64,000 nucleotides of DNA from Rickettsia typhi (GCA_945865905.1 CAMBFC010000004.1:20553-84552), one strand, 5' to 3'; shown: positions 37,632 through 46,794, numbered from the stretch's first letter. The notes: a model not told the origin generated them from the sequence alone. Program-made: numbers and translations.

Positions 37632-39302
37632 TTTTGGACACAATTCCCAAATTGCATTTTTCCCTTTTTGCGCACATCTTATGATGCCTTTTTTATGCAT
37701 AGAGTGTAATAAATTTTTGATTTTATGCTGCTTTTGGCTCTCACTCAGAACATTGGACAACCTACCTAATAATATCTCGTCGACATCTTTTCTGCTAGCC
37801 CTGCCGTATTGCCTTAGATATTTAACAAGAAATTCTCGATTGGTTATGTCGTTAAATGCCTTATTTTTGATATAAACAACTTTATCTTTCTCTGAAATTG
37901 CCAATTCCGCAGCAATAAAAAGATTGGGATACCTTCCTTCAGCCAATCTTTTTTTCTTTAATTTATCAGCAAGACTTTTCTCAATAACTTGTTTTTTTTG
38001 TACTTTGTCTAAAGATATCGCTTCAGATAAATCTATCTCATCAAACTTAGCCATTAAAATTTTGACATAATTCTCATCTATGATTTTCCCGTATATTACA
38101 ACTTTTACATCGTTGTTAGAAAAATCATAATCAGGCATTGGAAAGAATCTTTTTTTCTGCTCCAAAAACATTTTTTTAATGCCACTACCATGAGCTTCAA
38201 GCATTGTAAAATTAATCATCGCCTCCACCAAATAGCGATTTCTATAAAAACTTTGCGGCGCATCTCGCTCAATAACACTTTCGATTGTTTGCGGAATAAA
38301 ACTACCACCATTTTCAAAAACTAATCGATCGGAACCTTCATTGGAAACAAACTCTATAACGCTTATTCGCTTATTTAATTGATAATCTTGATGTGCAATG
38401 CAGTTTAACAGGGCCTCTCTAATAACATCAACATCATACGAATCCATTTCAATCGGAAACAGCGTATTATTTGGCAAATAACGAAAACGCAGATTTCTGA
38501 TTTTAGCCAAAACCTTATCAACGCTCAGAATAAATGGCGGATAGAAATCCTCGCCGCCAAGTTCTAAATTTTCACTATTTTTTAAAATCCAAGTGATTTT
38601 CGCAGTTCCTGTTAAATAATAGTTGGCAGATTCTTTTTTACCAAGCAAAACCATAGACGCGTTACTAACTTCTCCGCGCGGCGTTATAACTTCTGCTTTT
38701 TTCAAAAAAATTTCATCATTCCAAGAATTTATTTCTTCTTTCGATACCTTCTTATGCCTTTCTGCAAACTTTTTTCTTGCTTCTCTTATTGCCTCCTCAT
38801 CCAAATCTTCAAGGGTTGCCCCTTCGCAAATTTTCTTTGACCAATCATGTCCAAAAATTATATTTTGCTTGTCGTTAGATAGCGGCACTAAAGACTCTCC
38901 ATTTCTGCCATAAGCAAGCCCACCCCTTACAGTGGTCGGTTTGTTTTTGGCCGCAGGAACTTCAAATATTACCACTCTTTTTCCTTCAAATTCTTCGTCA
39001 AGAATATTGGTAAAAGTAATGTCTTTTGTTACATCCAAAATTTCTTTTTTTAGCTTTTCCAAACCACCAGATTTTTTATAATTTGTTCCAACAATATCTC
39101 TTTTTTTAGTTTTTAGATTAATTTTATCGTCAACGCCAAGAATTAAATAAGCCCTTTCTGCGCCTTGCAGATTGGCTTCATTTGAAAGGGCGGAAAAATA
39201 TTTTTCTAACTTTTCTTTGTCAAAATCATTTTCAGCTTTTTTAAACTCCAAAACTTCACTTTCGTTTTTGGTTAGAAATTTTTCTATATCGGTTTTTTTC
39301 AT
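37617..39302 (-). CDS. Schlafen/AlbA_2 + HATPase_c_4 + C-terminal wHTH protein (COG2865-type putative regulator)
   Basis: 561 aa with N-terminal ESEVLEFKKA (AlbA_2/Schlafen-like), central REALLNCIAHQDY (HATPase_c_4 hallmark) and a C-terminal winged-helix-like KNLLHSMHKKGII...WEL. Confidence 0.7.
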   Translation of the reverse strand: MKKTDIEKFLTKNESEVLEFKKAENDFDKEKLEKYFSALSNEANLQGAERAYLILGVDDKINLKTKKRDIVGTNYKKSGGLEKLKKEILDVTKDITFTNILDEEFEGKRVVIFEVPAAKNKPTTVRGGLAYGRNGESLVPLSNDKQNIIFGHDWSKKICEGATLEDLDEEAIREARKKFAERHKKVSKEEINSWNDEIFLKKAEVITPRGEVSNASMVLLGKKESANYYLTGTAKITWILKNSENLELGGEDFYPPFILSVDKVLAKIRNLRFRYLPNNTLFPIEMDSYDVDVIREALLNCIAHQDYQLNKRISVIEFVSNEGSDRLVFENGGSFIPQTIESVIERDAPQSFYRNRYLVEAMINFTMLEAHGSGIKKMFLEQKKRFFPMPDYDFSNNDVKVVIYGKIIDENYVKILMAKFDEIDLSEAISLDKVQKKQVIEKSLADKLKKKRLAEGRYPNLFIAAELAISEKDKVVYIKNKAFNDITNREFLVKYLRQYGRASRKDVDEILLGRLSNVLSESQKQHKIKNLLHSMHKKGIIRCAQKGKNAIWELCPKLDAN

Positions 39303-39310
39303 TTGCTGAT

Positions 39311-39472
39311 TTATTTTTTGGTGATTTTTTTCAAGCTATCCAGATATTGCTGTAGGGCGATGCGCATAACAGCGCTGCGGCTGCGGTCTTGCTCTTTGGC
39401 AATTTTGTCGAAGGTCTTGGTCATTAGGTGGGGAATTTTTATGGTGATGGTGTCGATTTTTTCTTCGGTCAT
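39311..39472 (-). CDS. ribbon-helix-helix (CopG/MetJ-type) protein, 53 aa
   Basis: Hand-translated as MTEEKIDTITIKIPHLMTKTFDKIAKEQDRSRSAVMRIALQQYLDSLKKITKK, which has the classic RHH beta-strand plus RSRS..MR.AL..YL helix. It is below the ORF-track size cut-off. Its stop is 8 nt before the next gene's start. Confidence 0.65.
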   Translation of the reverse strand: MTEEKIDTITIKIPHLMTKTFDKIAKEQDRSRSAVMRIALQQYLDSLKKITKK

Positions 39473-39523
39473 ATTTTGTAATACTTAGTAATATTGAATA
39501 ATCCTTGAAGAGATTAAATAATA

Positions 39524-40507
39524 TTAGATATTTTTATCAACCTTTTCTTTATTGTCTTCGTTAATATGCCGGTTAGATAAATATTTTTGATAAAGCTCTT
39601 TTGCCTCTTTCTTGGCATCCCCATCACCCTTCATATAAATAGAGTTGTTAAGCAATTTGCCTTGCACAAGACCAGCTATGTCCTTTAAAAATTCGCCTGA
39701 AATCTTATTATTTTTACTAGCAATTATTTTTTCTAACTCTTGGATTGTATCAAAAATTACCCGCTCTGTAAATTCAAATTTTTCAAGAATATATTTGCTC
39801 CAGAGGCGCGGTATCTCTTTGTACTTTTCTTTCTGATTCACTTCTTTCGAAGAGTCTTGAAATGCCATAACTTCAATTTCCAAAACCTTATCATGCAGTA
39901 TATTGAATATTTGATAGTTAGCCCCGCTTGTAGAAAATTGCAAATCCGGTCTACTTTCAAGCACCTTCCCAGTCCCCTCCGCAATACCATTAGTATATGA
40001 ATCAAGTTTAAGAATTTCAAAAGCAGATTTTCCAATTGGCTGAGGCGTAATCCATTGATAAATGCGCTGCGCCAAACAAAAACTCACATCATAATCATTT
40101 CTTTCATTTTGATCTAATGAAGAAATTTGATAATCTATTTTGCTAATTAATTCGTGATAAAAACAAAACTCTCTGAAACTTTTTCGTAAAAAATCTCTTT
40201 GATAATCGGTTAAAGACTTTTCGTTAAATTCCAGCTGTCGTTTTGCTCTTGTATTTTCTAATTCTGCTTGGTTTTCGTTAAATTTTTTCTGCTTTTTTTG
40301 TATTTCATATGCTAACCACCCAATAGCTGCGGTTGCGCAGAAAGAAAGAAAAGAAATAATATTTTGAATATCTTGTGTGAGGCTACTGCTTTTACCTTGT
40401 TCTAAATAAATGGGCTCAATAAAAACATGAAGAAATAGCCCTGCGCTTAAGAAAAGGAGGATCGCCAAAATAAACCCTCCGAGTAAATCTCTAAATTTTT
40501 CTTTCAT
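39524..40507 (-). CDS. hypothetical 2-TM membrane protein with coiled-coil/cytoplasmic domain
   Basis: 327 aa with two N-terminal hydrophobic helices (LLGGFILAILLFLSAGLFLHVFI; IISFLSFCATAAIGWLAYEI). No family recognised. Very AT-rich (17 GC in the 60 nt at 39541-39600). Confidence 0.55.
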   Translation of the reverse strand: MKEKFRDLLGGFILAILLFLSAGLFLHVFIEPIYLEQGKSSSLTQDIQNIISFLSFCATAAIGWLAYEIQKKQKKFNENQAELENTRAKRQLEFNEKSLTDYQRDFLRKSFREFCFYHELISKIDYQISSLDQNERNDYDVSFCLAQRIYQWITPQPIGKSAFEILKLDSYTNGIAEGTGKVLESRPDLQFSTSGANYQIFNILHDKVLEIEVMAFQDSSKEVNQKEKYKEIPRLWSKYILEKFEFTERVIFDTIQELEKIIASKNNKISGEFLKDIAGLVQGKLLNNSIYMKGDGDAKKEAKELYQKYLSNRHINEDNKEKVDKNI

Positions 40508-40510
40508 ATT

Positions 40511-41827
40511 TTATAACTCAAAAACCGTCTTCCCAGCCACTACAGTTCTGATTGCGCGACCCTTCACCGCAAATCCCTCAAACGGAGAATTTTTTGATTT
40601 GCTGTGGAATTTTTCACACTCAATCACCCATTCGTGATTTAAATCAATCAACACCAGATCAGCGCGGGCGCCATTTGCAATAACTCCGCCATCAAAATTA
40701 ATTATTTCTGCCGCATTACAAGTCATCTTTGCTAGCAAATCTACAAGACTTAAAACTCCTTGGTGATAAAGCGTTAGACTCAATGGCAACATGGTTTCAA
40801 CACCTACGATACCAAAAGTTGCTTCTTCGAGTGGTTTATTTTTTGAAGCCAAATCATGCGGCGCGTGATCAGTTGCAATCGCATCGATCAACCCTGTGCG
40901 AAGGCCTTCTATCAAGGCACGACGATCTTCTTCGCTTCTTAGTGGCGGGTTCATTTTAGCGTTAGTTCCGCTTTTCAAAACTTGCGTATCATTCAACATA
41001 AAATGGTGTGGAGACACTTCAGTTGTAGCCTTTAAGCCTTTTTCTTTAGCGCGTCTAATTGCATCCAGCGCTTCTTTTGTTGAGCAGTGCAAGAGGTGAT
41101 ATCTTCCACCAATTGCCTCTAAAATCGCCAAATCTCGCTCTACAATCACACTTTCTGAAATATTTGGAATACCACGCACACCCAACTCTAATGATGTTTT
41201 ACCTTCATTAATACAGCCTTTATTTGAAAGATTGAGATCTTCGGCATGTTGCGCGATTACAACATTTAAATTTTTAGAATATTCGAAAGCGCGACGCATA
41301 ACATTGGCGTTCATCACTGGCAAGCCATCATCGGTGAAACCTACGGCCCCAGCGTCTTTCAAGGCATTCATATCTGTCAATTCTTCGCCTTTCATGGCTT
41401 TAGTAATACAGCCGTAAGCCTTGACATTGCAATGCGCAACCTCTTTTGCCTTCAAGCGCAAATAATCGAAGGTAAGTGTTGAATCTAGTGTTGGCGCGGT
41501 GTTTGGCTGGCACACAACTGTGGTTATTCCACCTACAACCGCTGATTTGCTGCCTGAAGAAAGATCTTCTTTGTGAGTTTGACCCGGATCACGAAAATGC
41601 ACCTGAATATCAATCAGGCCCGCAGTAAGCACATGGCCGCCGCACTCGATAATTTCTGCGCCATCAACTGCGCCAAGGGTTTGGCCAAAATCTGCAATTT
41701 TATCGCCAATTGTTAATAGATCACCAACCTTATCATATCCTGATTTAGCATCAATTATTCGAGCATTTTTATAGAGGATTTTTTTGTCTTGTACGATTGG
41801 GTTTGTGTATGGAAGATCAAATTTCAT
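40511..41827 (-). CDS. pyrC: dihydroorotase
   Basis: 438 aa amidohydrolase with IDIQVHFRDPG, the AQHAED region and ATDHAPH. Confidence 0.9.
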   Translation of the reverse strand: MKFDLPYTNPIVQDKKILYKNARIIDAKSGYDKVGDLLTIGDKIADFGQTLGAVDGAEIIECGGHVLTAGLIDIQVHFRDPGQTHKEDLSSGSKSAVVGGITTVVCQPNTAPTLDSTLTFDYLRLKAKEVAHCNVKAYGCITKAMKGEELTDMNALKDAGAVGFTDDGLPVMNANVMRRAFEYSKNLNVVIAQHAEDLNLSNKGCINEGKTSLELGVRGIPNISESVIVERDLAILEAIGGRYHLLHCSTKEALDAIRRAKEKGLKATTEVSPHHFMLNDTQVLKSGTNAKMNPPLRSEEDRRALIEGLRTGLIDAIATDHAPHDLASKNKPLEEATFGIVGVETMLPLSLTLYHQGVLSLVDLLAKMTCNAAEIINFDGGVIANGARADLVLIDLNHEWVIECEKFHSKSKNSPFEGFAVKGRAIRTVVAGKTVFEL

Positions 41828-41880
41828 ATGTTTTTTGTTTTTGAATCTTGGGTTATAGTCCTTGGTTTACGGTGAGAGTT

Positions 41881-42001
41881 GGAGCGACGAGGCTCTGCTG
41901 CTCAGACACCGCATCCATCTGATTTAAAGCGAGCGTAGCTCGCGATGGAGTGCAGAACTCGCCTCAGAGCCTCGTCGCTCCAACTCTCACCTGCTATGGT
42001 T
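41881..42001 (+). repeat. long hairpin element, core B, 27-bp perfect arms
   Basis: GGTGAGAGTTGGAGCGACGAGGCTCTG (41881-41907) is the exact reverse complement of 41975-42001. The core is homologous to 11708-11774 in the opposite orientation. It lies 31 bp after the hemE stop. Confidence 0.9.
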
Positions 42002-42032
42002 TTTTCTTTACTATTTCTAGTTTTTACAAATT

Positions 42033-43073
42033 TTACGACTTTTCTTCTCTTACAATCTTCACCACTAATTCTACATTTTCAATCGGAGTTTCTTGTAAGA
42101 TTCCGTGGCCTAAATTAAAAATAAATGGATATTCGCCGAAAACTTTTAGAATTTCGCGTGTTTCTTTTTCAATCTCAACCTTAGAGCCATAAGCTAAAAG
42201 TTGATTATCGAGATTGCCTTGGATCACGACCCCTAACTCTTTTTGTAAATTTTCTTTGACCCATAATTTAGGCAGGTTTTGATCCACCGCAACAACATCT
42301 GGGCGCACTTCTCTCACAAAATTTTTATATAAAACACCGGCGCCCCTAGGAAAACAAATAATTGGCGTTTGTGGAAATTCTTGACGAATTTGTGCGACAA
42401 TTTTTTTTGTTGGTTCAATCACCCATTTTTGAAATTCACTTTCTGGCAAGATGCCGGCCCAAGAATCAAATAACTTAACTACATCCGCGCCAGCATTGAT
42501 TTGTTCACGCAAATAAATCACCACTGATTGCGTTAAAATATCAATTAGTTTAGCAAAAAATTGGGGATTTTTTATCGCTGTTTTACGAACTAAATCGAAA
42601 TTTTTTGATGAACCACCTTCAATCATATAACAAGCCATCGTAAAAGGTGATCCTGAAAATCCGATTAAAGTTTTATCTTTTGAAAGCTCTTTTTTTGTAA
42701 GGCGAAGTGTTTCAAACACTGGCTGCAAATGCGAAACGATTTTATTAATATCTAATTTTTCTAAATCTTTTTCATCAACAACTTTTTGTAAAACAGGGCC
42801 TTCATTTTTTATAAAATCAACCTTTAAACCAAGTGCATCAGGAATAACTAAAATATCAGAAAAAATAATCGCCGCATCAAAATCGAATCTTTTAATCGGT
42901 TGAAGCGTAACCTCTGAGGCTAGTTTTGAATTATAGCATAAATCTAAAAAGTTTTTTACATCTTTACGAATTTCACGATATTCTGGCAAATATCTTCCTG
43001 CTTGTCTCATTATCCAAATTGGTTGCGAAGAAGGTTTTTCTTTTTTATGAATTATATTTAATATTTTATTCAT
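42033..43073 (-). CDS. hemE: uroporphyrinogen decarboxylase
   Basis: 346 aa with PIWIMRQAGRYLPEY and FSDILVIPDALG. Confidence 0.93.
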   Translation of the reverse strand: MNKILNIIHKKEKPSSQPIWIMRQAGRYLPEYREIRKDVKNFLDLCYNSKLASEVTLQPIKRFDFDAAIIFSDILVIPDALGLKVDFIKNEGPVLQKVVDEKDLEKLDINKIVSHLQPVFETLRLTKKELSKDKTLIGFSGSPFTMACYMIEGGSSKNFDLVRKTAIKNPQFFAKLIDILTQSVVIYLREQINAGADVVKLFDSWAGILPESEFQKWVIEPTKKIVAQIRQEFPQTPIICFPRGAGVLYKNFVREVRPDVVAVDQNLPKLWVKENLQKELGVVIQGNLDNQLLAYGSKVEIEKETREILKVFGEYPFIFNLGHGILQETPIENVELVVKIVREEKS

Positions 43074-43328
43074 TTAATTTGATTATTATTATAGTGCTGT
43101 GAGTTATTTTATTATTAATTATTAACAAAATTATTAACAGTTATTTTTTTTAAAAAGCCCTAAAATATTGATCTTGTTAAAAGTTATCAACAGATGATGA
43201 GTTGTTAAAAAACTTATAAACATGTTAATAAAGATAAGAAACCGATGTTAATAAATTTGATGGTTTTTTGAGAAATAAATGAAATGTTTATAAAGTAAAA
43301 GTTATTAACAAATTACTAACAGATAAAA
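43074..43328. other. candidate chromosomal replication origin (oriC)
   Basis: AT-rich 255-bp gap between divergent hemE and bolA. It holds at least 8 TTATNAACA-type 9-mers (43119, 43131, 43184, 43214, 43223rc, 43246rc, 43302, 43313) and a T8A5 tract (43144-43156). hemE-linked origins are known in alphaproteobacteria. Confidence 0.55.
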
Positions 43329-43577
43329 ATGGAAGAAATAATTCGCCAAAAATTAACAAAAGAACTGCAGCCAAAATTTTTGGAAATAAAAAATAATTCA
43401 TATTTGCATAAAGGTCACGCAGGCGATAACGGCACGATGGAAACGCATTTTGCGATTATAATTGAGGCGGAAGAATTGAAAAATTTATCGCGTATAAAGG
43501 CCCATCAAAGAGTGAATAATATTATAAAAGACGAGTTCAATAAAGGTTTGCACGCTCTAGAAATTAAAATTCTGTAA
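43329..43577 (+). CDS. bolA: BolA family protein
   Basis: 82 aa with NNSYLHKGHAG...HFAIIIEAEEL...R.KAHQ.V, the typical BolA pattern. Confidence 0.8.
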   Translation: MEEIIRQKLTKELQPKFLEIKNNSYLHKGHAGDNGTMETHFAIIIEAEELKNLSRIKAHQRVNNIIKDEFNKGLHALEIKIL

Positions 43578-43612
43578 TCAGATCAAAAATTATTCTAAAA
43601 ACTTTTAATTAA

Positions 43613-44914
43613 TTAAGCTTTGGCTTCTTGTTTAATAAGCCCGATAGAGGAGGCGTCGCGCTTTTTTTCTTCATCCTTAGAAAGATATTCCATCTCTGGA
43701 TTAGATCCATCAGTGACAGTTTTTTTAGTTATATTAACTGATTTGATATTTTTCTTAGAAGGAGCTTCAAACATTGTTTCAAGAAGAATGTTTTCAGTGA
43801 TTGCTCGCAAGCCACGCGCACCAGTCTTTCTTGAAATTGCTCTTTTAGCGATTTCGGTTACTGCGGCTTCTTCAAAAGTTAATTCTATTTTATCAAGATT
43901 AAATAATTTTTGATATTGCTTAGTGATAGAATTTTTTGGTTCAGTAAGAATTTTTATTAAATCAGCTTCGGTCAATCCCTCAAGAGGAGCAACGATAGGC
44001 AATCTTCCAACTAACTCAGGAATTAAGCCAAATTTAATTAAATCTTCTGGCTCAACTTCATTAAATACATCTTTTCTTTCGCCATCATCAGTAGTACGAA
44101 TATCGGCACCAAAACCAATAGCAGAGCCTTTTCCACGAGAAATAATAATTTTTTCCAAGCCAGAAAAAGAACCAGCGCAAATAAATAAAATATTGCGAGT
44201 ATCAACCTGAACATATTCTTGCTGAGAAGTCTTGCGCCCCGGCTGCGTAGGCACCGAAGCCACTGTTCCTTCAATAATTTTTAACAAACCTTGCTGCACG
44301 CCTTCACCAGAAATATCGCGCGTTTTGGCGCCGTCTTCTGATTTGCGAGCGATTTTGTCAATTTCATCAATATAAACAATGCCGCGTTGGGTTTTTTCAA
44401 TATCAAAATTTGCCGATTGCAACAAGCGCGCAATAATATTTTCTACATCATCACCAACATAGCCAGCTTCAGTTAAAGAGGTTGCGTCAGCCATAGTGAA
44501 AGGCACGTCAAGAATGCGCGCCAAAGTTTGAGCCAATAAAGTTTTGCCGCAACCAGTGGGCCCAATCATTAAGATATTGGATTTGTTAAGTTCAATCCCA
44601 TCAGAAGCCAGCGTGTTAACAGAATCAATTCGCTTATAATGATTATAAACCGCCACTGCTAAAACTTTTTTCGCATGATCTTGTCCTACAACAAAATCAT
44701 TAAGAATTTTGATGATGTCTTGTGGCGTAGGCTTAGAGCCGTCTTCACGCGCAAGTGGTGACTTTTTGTTATCTTCGCGCAAAATATCTGTGCAAAGCCC
44801 GATACATTCATTGCAAATAAAAACAGTTGGTCCAGCGATAAGTTTTTTTACTTCACCTTGGTTTTTGCCGCAAAATGAACAAGCCAAATCGTGGGGAGCG
44901 TTATCTTTTTTCAT
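43613..44914 (-). CDS. clpX: ATP-dependent Clp protease ATP-binding subunit ClpX
   Basis: 433 aa with the zinc-binding N-terminus CSFCGK...CNEC and Walker A GPTGCGKT. Confidence 0.95.
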   Translation of the reverse strand: MKKDNAPHDLACSFCGKNQGEVKKLIAGPTVFICNECIGLCTDILREDNKKSPLAREDGSKPTPQDIIKILNDFVVGQDHAKKVLAVAVYNHYKRIDSVNTLASDGIELNKSNILMIGPTGCGKTLLAQTLARILDVPFTMADATSLTEAGYVGDDVENIIARLLQSANFDIEKTQRGIVYIDEIDKIARKSEDGAKTRDISGEGVQQGLLKIIEGTVASVPTQPGRKTSQQEYVQVDTRNILFICAGSFSGLEKIIISRGKGSAIGFGADIRTTDDGERKDVFNEVEPEDLIKFGLIPELVGRLPIVAPLEGLTEADLIKILTEPKNSITKQYQKLFNLDKIELTFEEAAVTEIAKRAISRKTGARGLRAITENILLETMFEAPSKKNIKSVNITKKTVTDGSNPEMEYLSKDEEKKRDASSIGLIKQEAKA

Positions 44915-45546
44915 TAGTCTTTTTTATCATGTTTTTCTGGTCTTCTATCGATAACTTCATCGATAATGCCAAATTCTTTAGCTTTTTCTGGAGACATAAA
45001 GTTATCGCGCTCCATTGATTTTTCAATCACGCCAATTTTTTGCCCAGTATGTTTTGCATAAATCTCATTTAAACGACGCTTCAATGCCAAAGTTTCTTGA
45101 GCGTGAATCTCGATATCTGTAGCTTGCCCTTGATATCCGCCTGAAGGTTGATGAATCATGATGCGTGAATTTGGCAGACAAAATCTTTTGCCAGCAGCGC
45201 CCGCAGTAAGAAGCAGCGAGCCCATTGAAGCCGCTTGCCCAATACATAAAGTCGCAACATCAGGCTTGATATATTGCATAGTGTCATACATCGCCAACCC
45301 AGATGTAACAATGCCTCCCGGTGAATTAATATAAAAATAAATATCTTTTTTTGGATCTTCTGATTCTAAAAAAAGCAACTGCGCCACAATCAGCGAAGAC
45401 ACTTGATCATTGACTTGGCCCGATAAAAAAATAATTCTTTCTTTGAGTAAGCGCGAATAAATATCGAAGGATCTTTCGCCGCGAGCAGTTTGCTCAATAA
45501 CCATTGGAACCAAGTAATTGGCTTGTTCGAAGATTCTTTCTGACAT
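44914..45546 (-). CDS. clpP: ATP-dependent Clp protease proteolytic subunit
   Basis: [23 protein letters not shown] and the catalytic region GQAASMGS. I chose the ATG at 45546; the track start at 45579 is a TTG that adds 11 aa. Confidence 0.92.
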   Translation of the reverse strand: MSERIFEQANYLVPMVIEQTARGERSFDIYSRLLKERIIFLSGQVNDQVSSLIVAQLLFLESEDPKKDIYFYINSPGGIVTSGLAMYDTMQYIKPDVATLCIGQAASMGSLLLTAGAAGKRFCLPNSRIMIHQPSGGYQGQATDIEIHAQETLALKRRLNEIYAKHTGQKIGVIEKSMERDNFMSPEKAKEFGIIDEVIDRRPEKHDKKD

Positions 45547-45695
45547 TTTAAGAAGATGGTTTTTTGATTTAAATTGCAAAATTTGATGCTCAAAATCTAA
45601 AACAAAAAAAGAAATAAAGCAACTCTTGTAAGTTTGTGCAAAAAAATTATATTGCCTGCGTACTATTTAATAATAAATTTTTTTTAAACAAGAGT

Positions 45696-46238
45696 ATGTC
45701 GGAAGAAAAAAACAATCCTCAAAATAATGAAGAGCAAACACAACAAGATGCCGCTTTGCCAGAGCAGCAAAAAATTTCTGAGCTAGAAGAAAAGCTTGCC
45801 AAGGCCAATGATCAAATCTTGCGGGGCATGGCAGAGCTAGAAAATACACGCCGCCGCGCTCGCGACGAACTTGATAAAACTAGCAAATTTGCCATTTCAA
45901 ATTTTATTTCAGAACTGGTATTGCCAATCGAAACCTTCTTTTTGGTGTGTGATAATGCTCCAAAAGATCAGATCGAAAAAAGCCCCGAGATCAAGCATTT
46001 TGCCGATGCAGTTGATATGACAAAAAAAGAGCTGATGAAAATTCTTGAAAAAAATCAGGTGCGTCGCATTTCTCCGCTCAATGAAAAATTCGATCACAAT
46101 TTTCATGAAGCCATCGCGCATATCGAAAGTGATAAAGATGAGGGCGTTGTAGTTCAGGTAATTCAAGCTGGCTACACAATTGGCGATAGATTGATTCGTC
46201 CAGCATTGGTTGGCGTTTCAAAGGGCAAAGTCGCATAA
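45696..46238 (+). CDS. grpE: nucleotide exchange factor GrpE
   Basis: Has the ..AE.EN.RRR pattern and the C-terminal beta-domain (GYTIGDRLIRPALVGV). I chose the ATG at 45696 (MSEEKNN); the track start at 45636 is a GTG that adds a hydrophobic 20 aa. Confidence 0.9.
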   Translation: MSEEKNNPQNNEEQTQQDAALPEQQKISELEEKLAKANDQILRGMAELENTRRRARDELDKTSKFAISNFISELVLPIETFFLVCDNAPKDQIEKSPEIKHFADAVDMTKKELMKILEKNQVRRISPLNEKFDHNFHEAIAHIESDKDEGVVVQVIQAGYTIGDRLIRPALVGVSKGKVA

Positions 46239-46339
46239 AATCAGCAATTAAAATCCGGCCTCACAAAGCCCGAGATCTTCGCCAATACTTGGCTATTGCA
46301 AAATAAACCTCAGCCTCTACACTCACCAACCCTTTTACT

Positions 46340-46415
46340 GGGATTGTAGCTCAGCGGTTAGAGCAGGATGCTCATAACGTCTTGGTCGTGGGTTCGATCC
46401 CCACCGATCCCACCA
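46340..46415 (+). tRNA. tRNA with CAT anticodon (elongator Met, or Ile2 if lysidine-modified); CCA encoded
   Basis: Hand-folded cloverleaf: acceptor GGGATTG/CGATCCC, D-arm GCTC/GAGC, anticodon loop CTCATAA, T-arm GTGGG/CCCAC with TTCGATC, discriminator A plus CCA. It lacks initiator features (1-72 is paired; no GGG/CCC anticodon stem). Confidence 0.88.
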
Positions 46416-46587
46416 TTCTCGTTTGTTTTTGAGTATGGGTAAAAAGGATAATTCGCGGGCAACTGCAAATTATAGCGGGTTTCAAGTGATTTTATATAAA
46501 TCCTTTGAATCTTTCGCACTATGAATCTCTAGGTCAAATGGCTTTCTACCTTTAGGTTCGCTTATATTAATTTTAATTAAAAACGAT

Positions 46588-46794
46588 ATGCCAAAAATGA
46601 AAACAAACTCGGGGGCTAAGAAGAGATTCAAGATCACCGGCACGGGCAAAATTCTCCATAAACAGGCGGGAAAACGACATAATCTCGGCAAAAAAAGTCA
46701 AAAACGCATTCGCAATTTGCGTGGTTCAGCTGTTCTGGCTGAAGGCTTTACAGCTAGTGTTATGAAGTTCAAGCTTCCATATGGTCTAAAATAA
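46588..46794 (+). CDS. rpmI: 50S ribosomal protein L35
   Basis: 68 aa, [21 protein letters not shown]. Confidence 0.93.
   Translation: MPKMKTNSGAKKRFKITGTGKILHKQAGKRHNLGKKSQKRIRNLRGSAVLAEGFTASVMKFKLPYGLK

Noticed and set aside
43074-43328. CtrA sites (TTAA-N7-TTAA) in the candidate origin
   Set aside because: I listed all TTAA positions (43115, 43122, 43134, 43150, 43177, 43205, 43225, 43248, 43305). None are 11 nt apart, and the closest spacing is N8 (43122/43134). I therefore make no CtrA claim.
45625-45652. Sigma32-type heat-shock promoter (CTTG ... TTATAT) upstream of grpE
   Set aside because: The spacing is ambiguous (17-18 nt depending on register), and the -10 part is indistinguishable from the AT-rich background. 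It is not strong enough to report as a feature.
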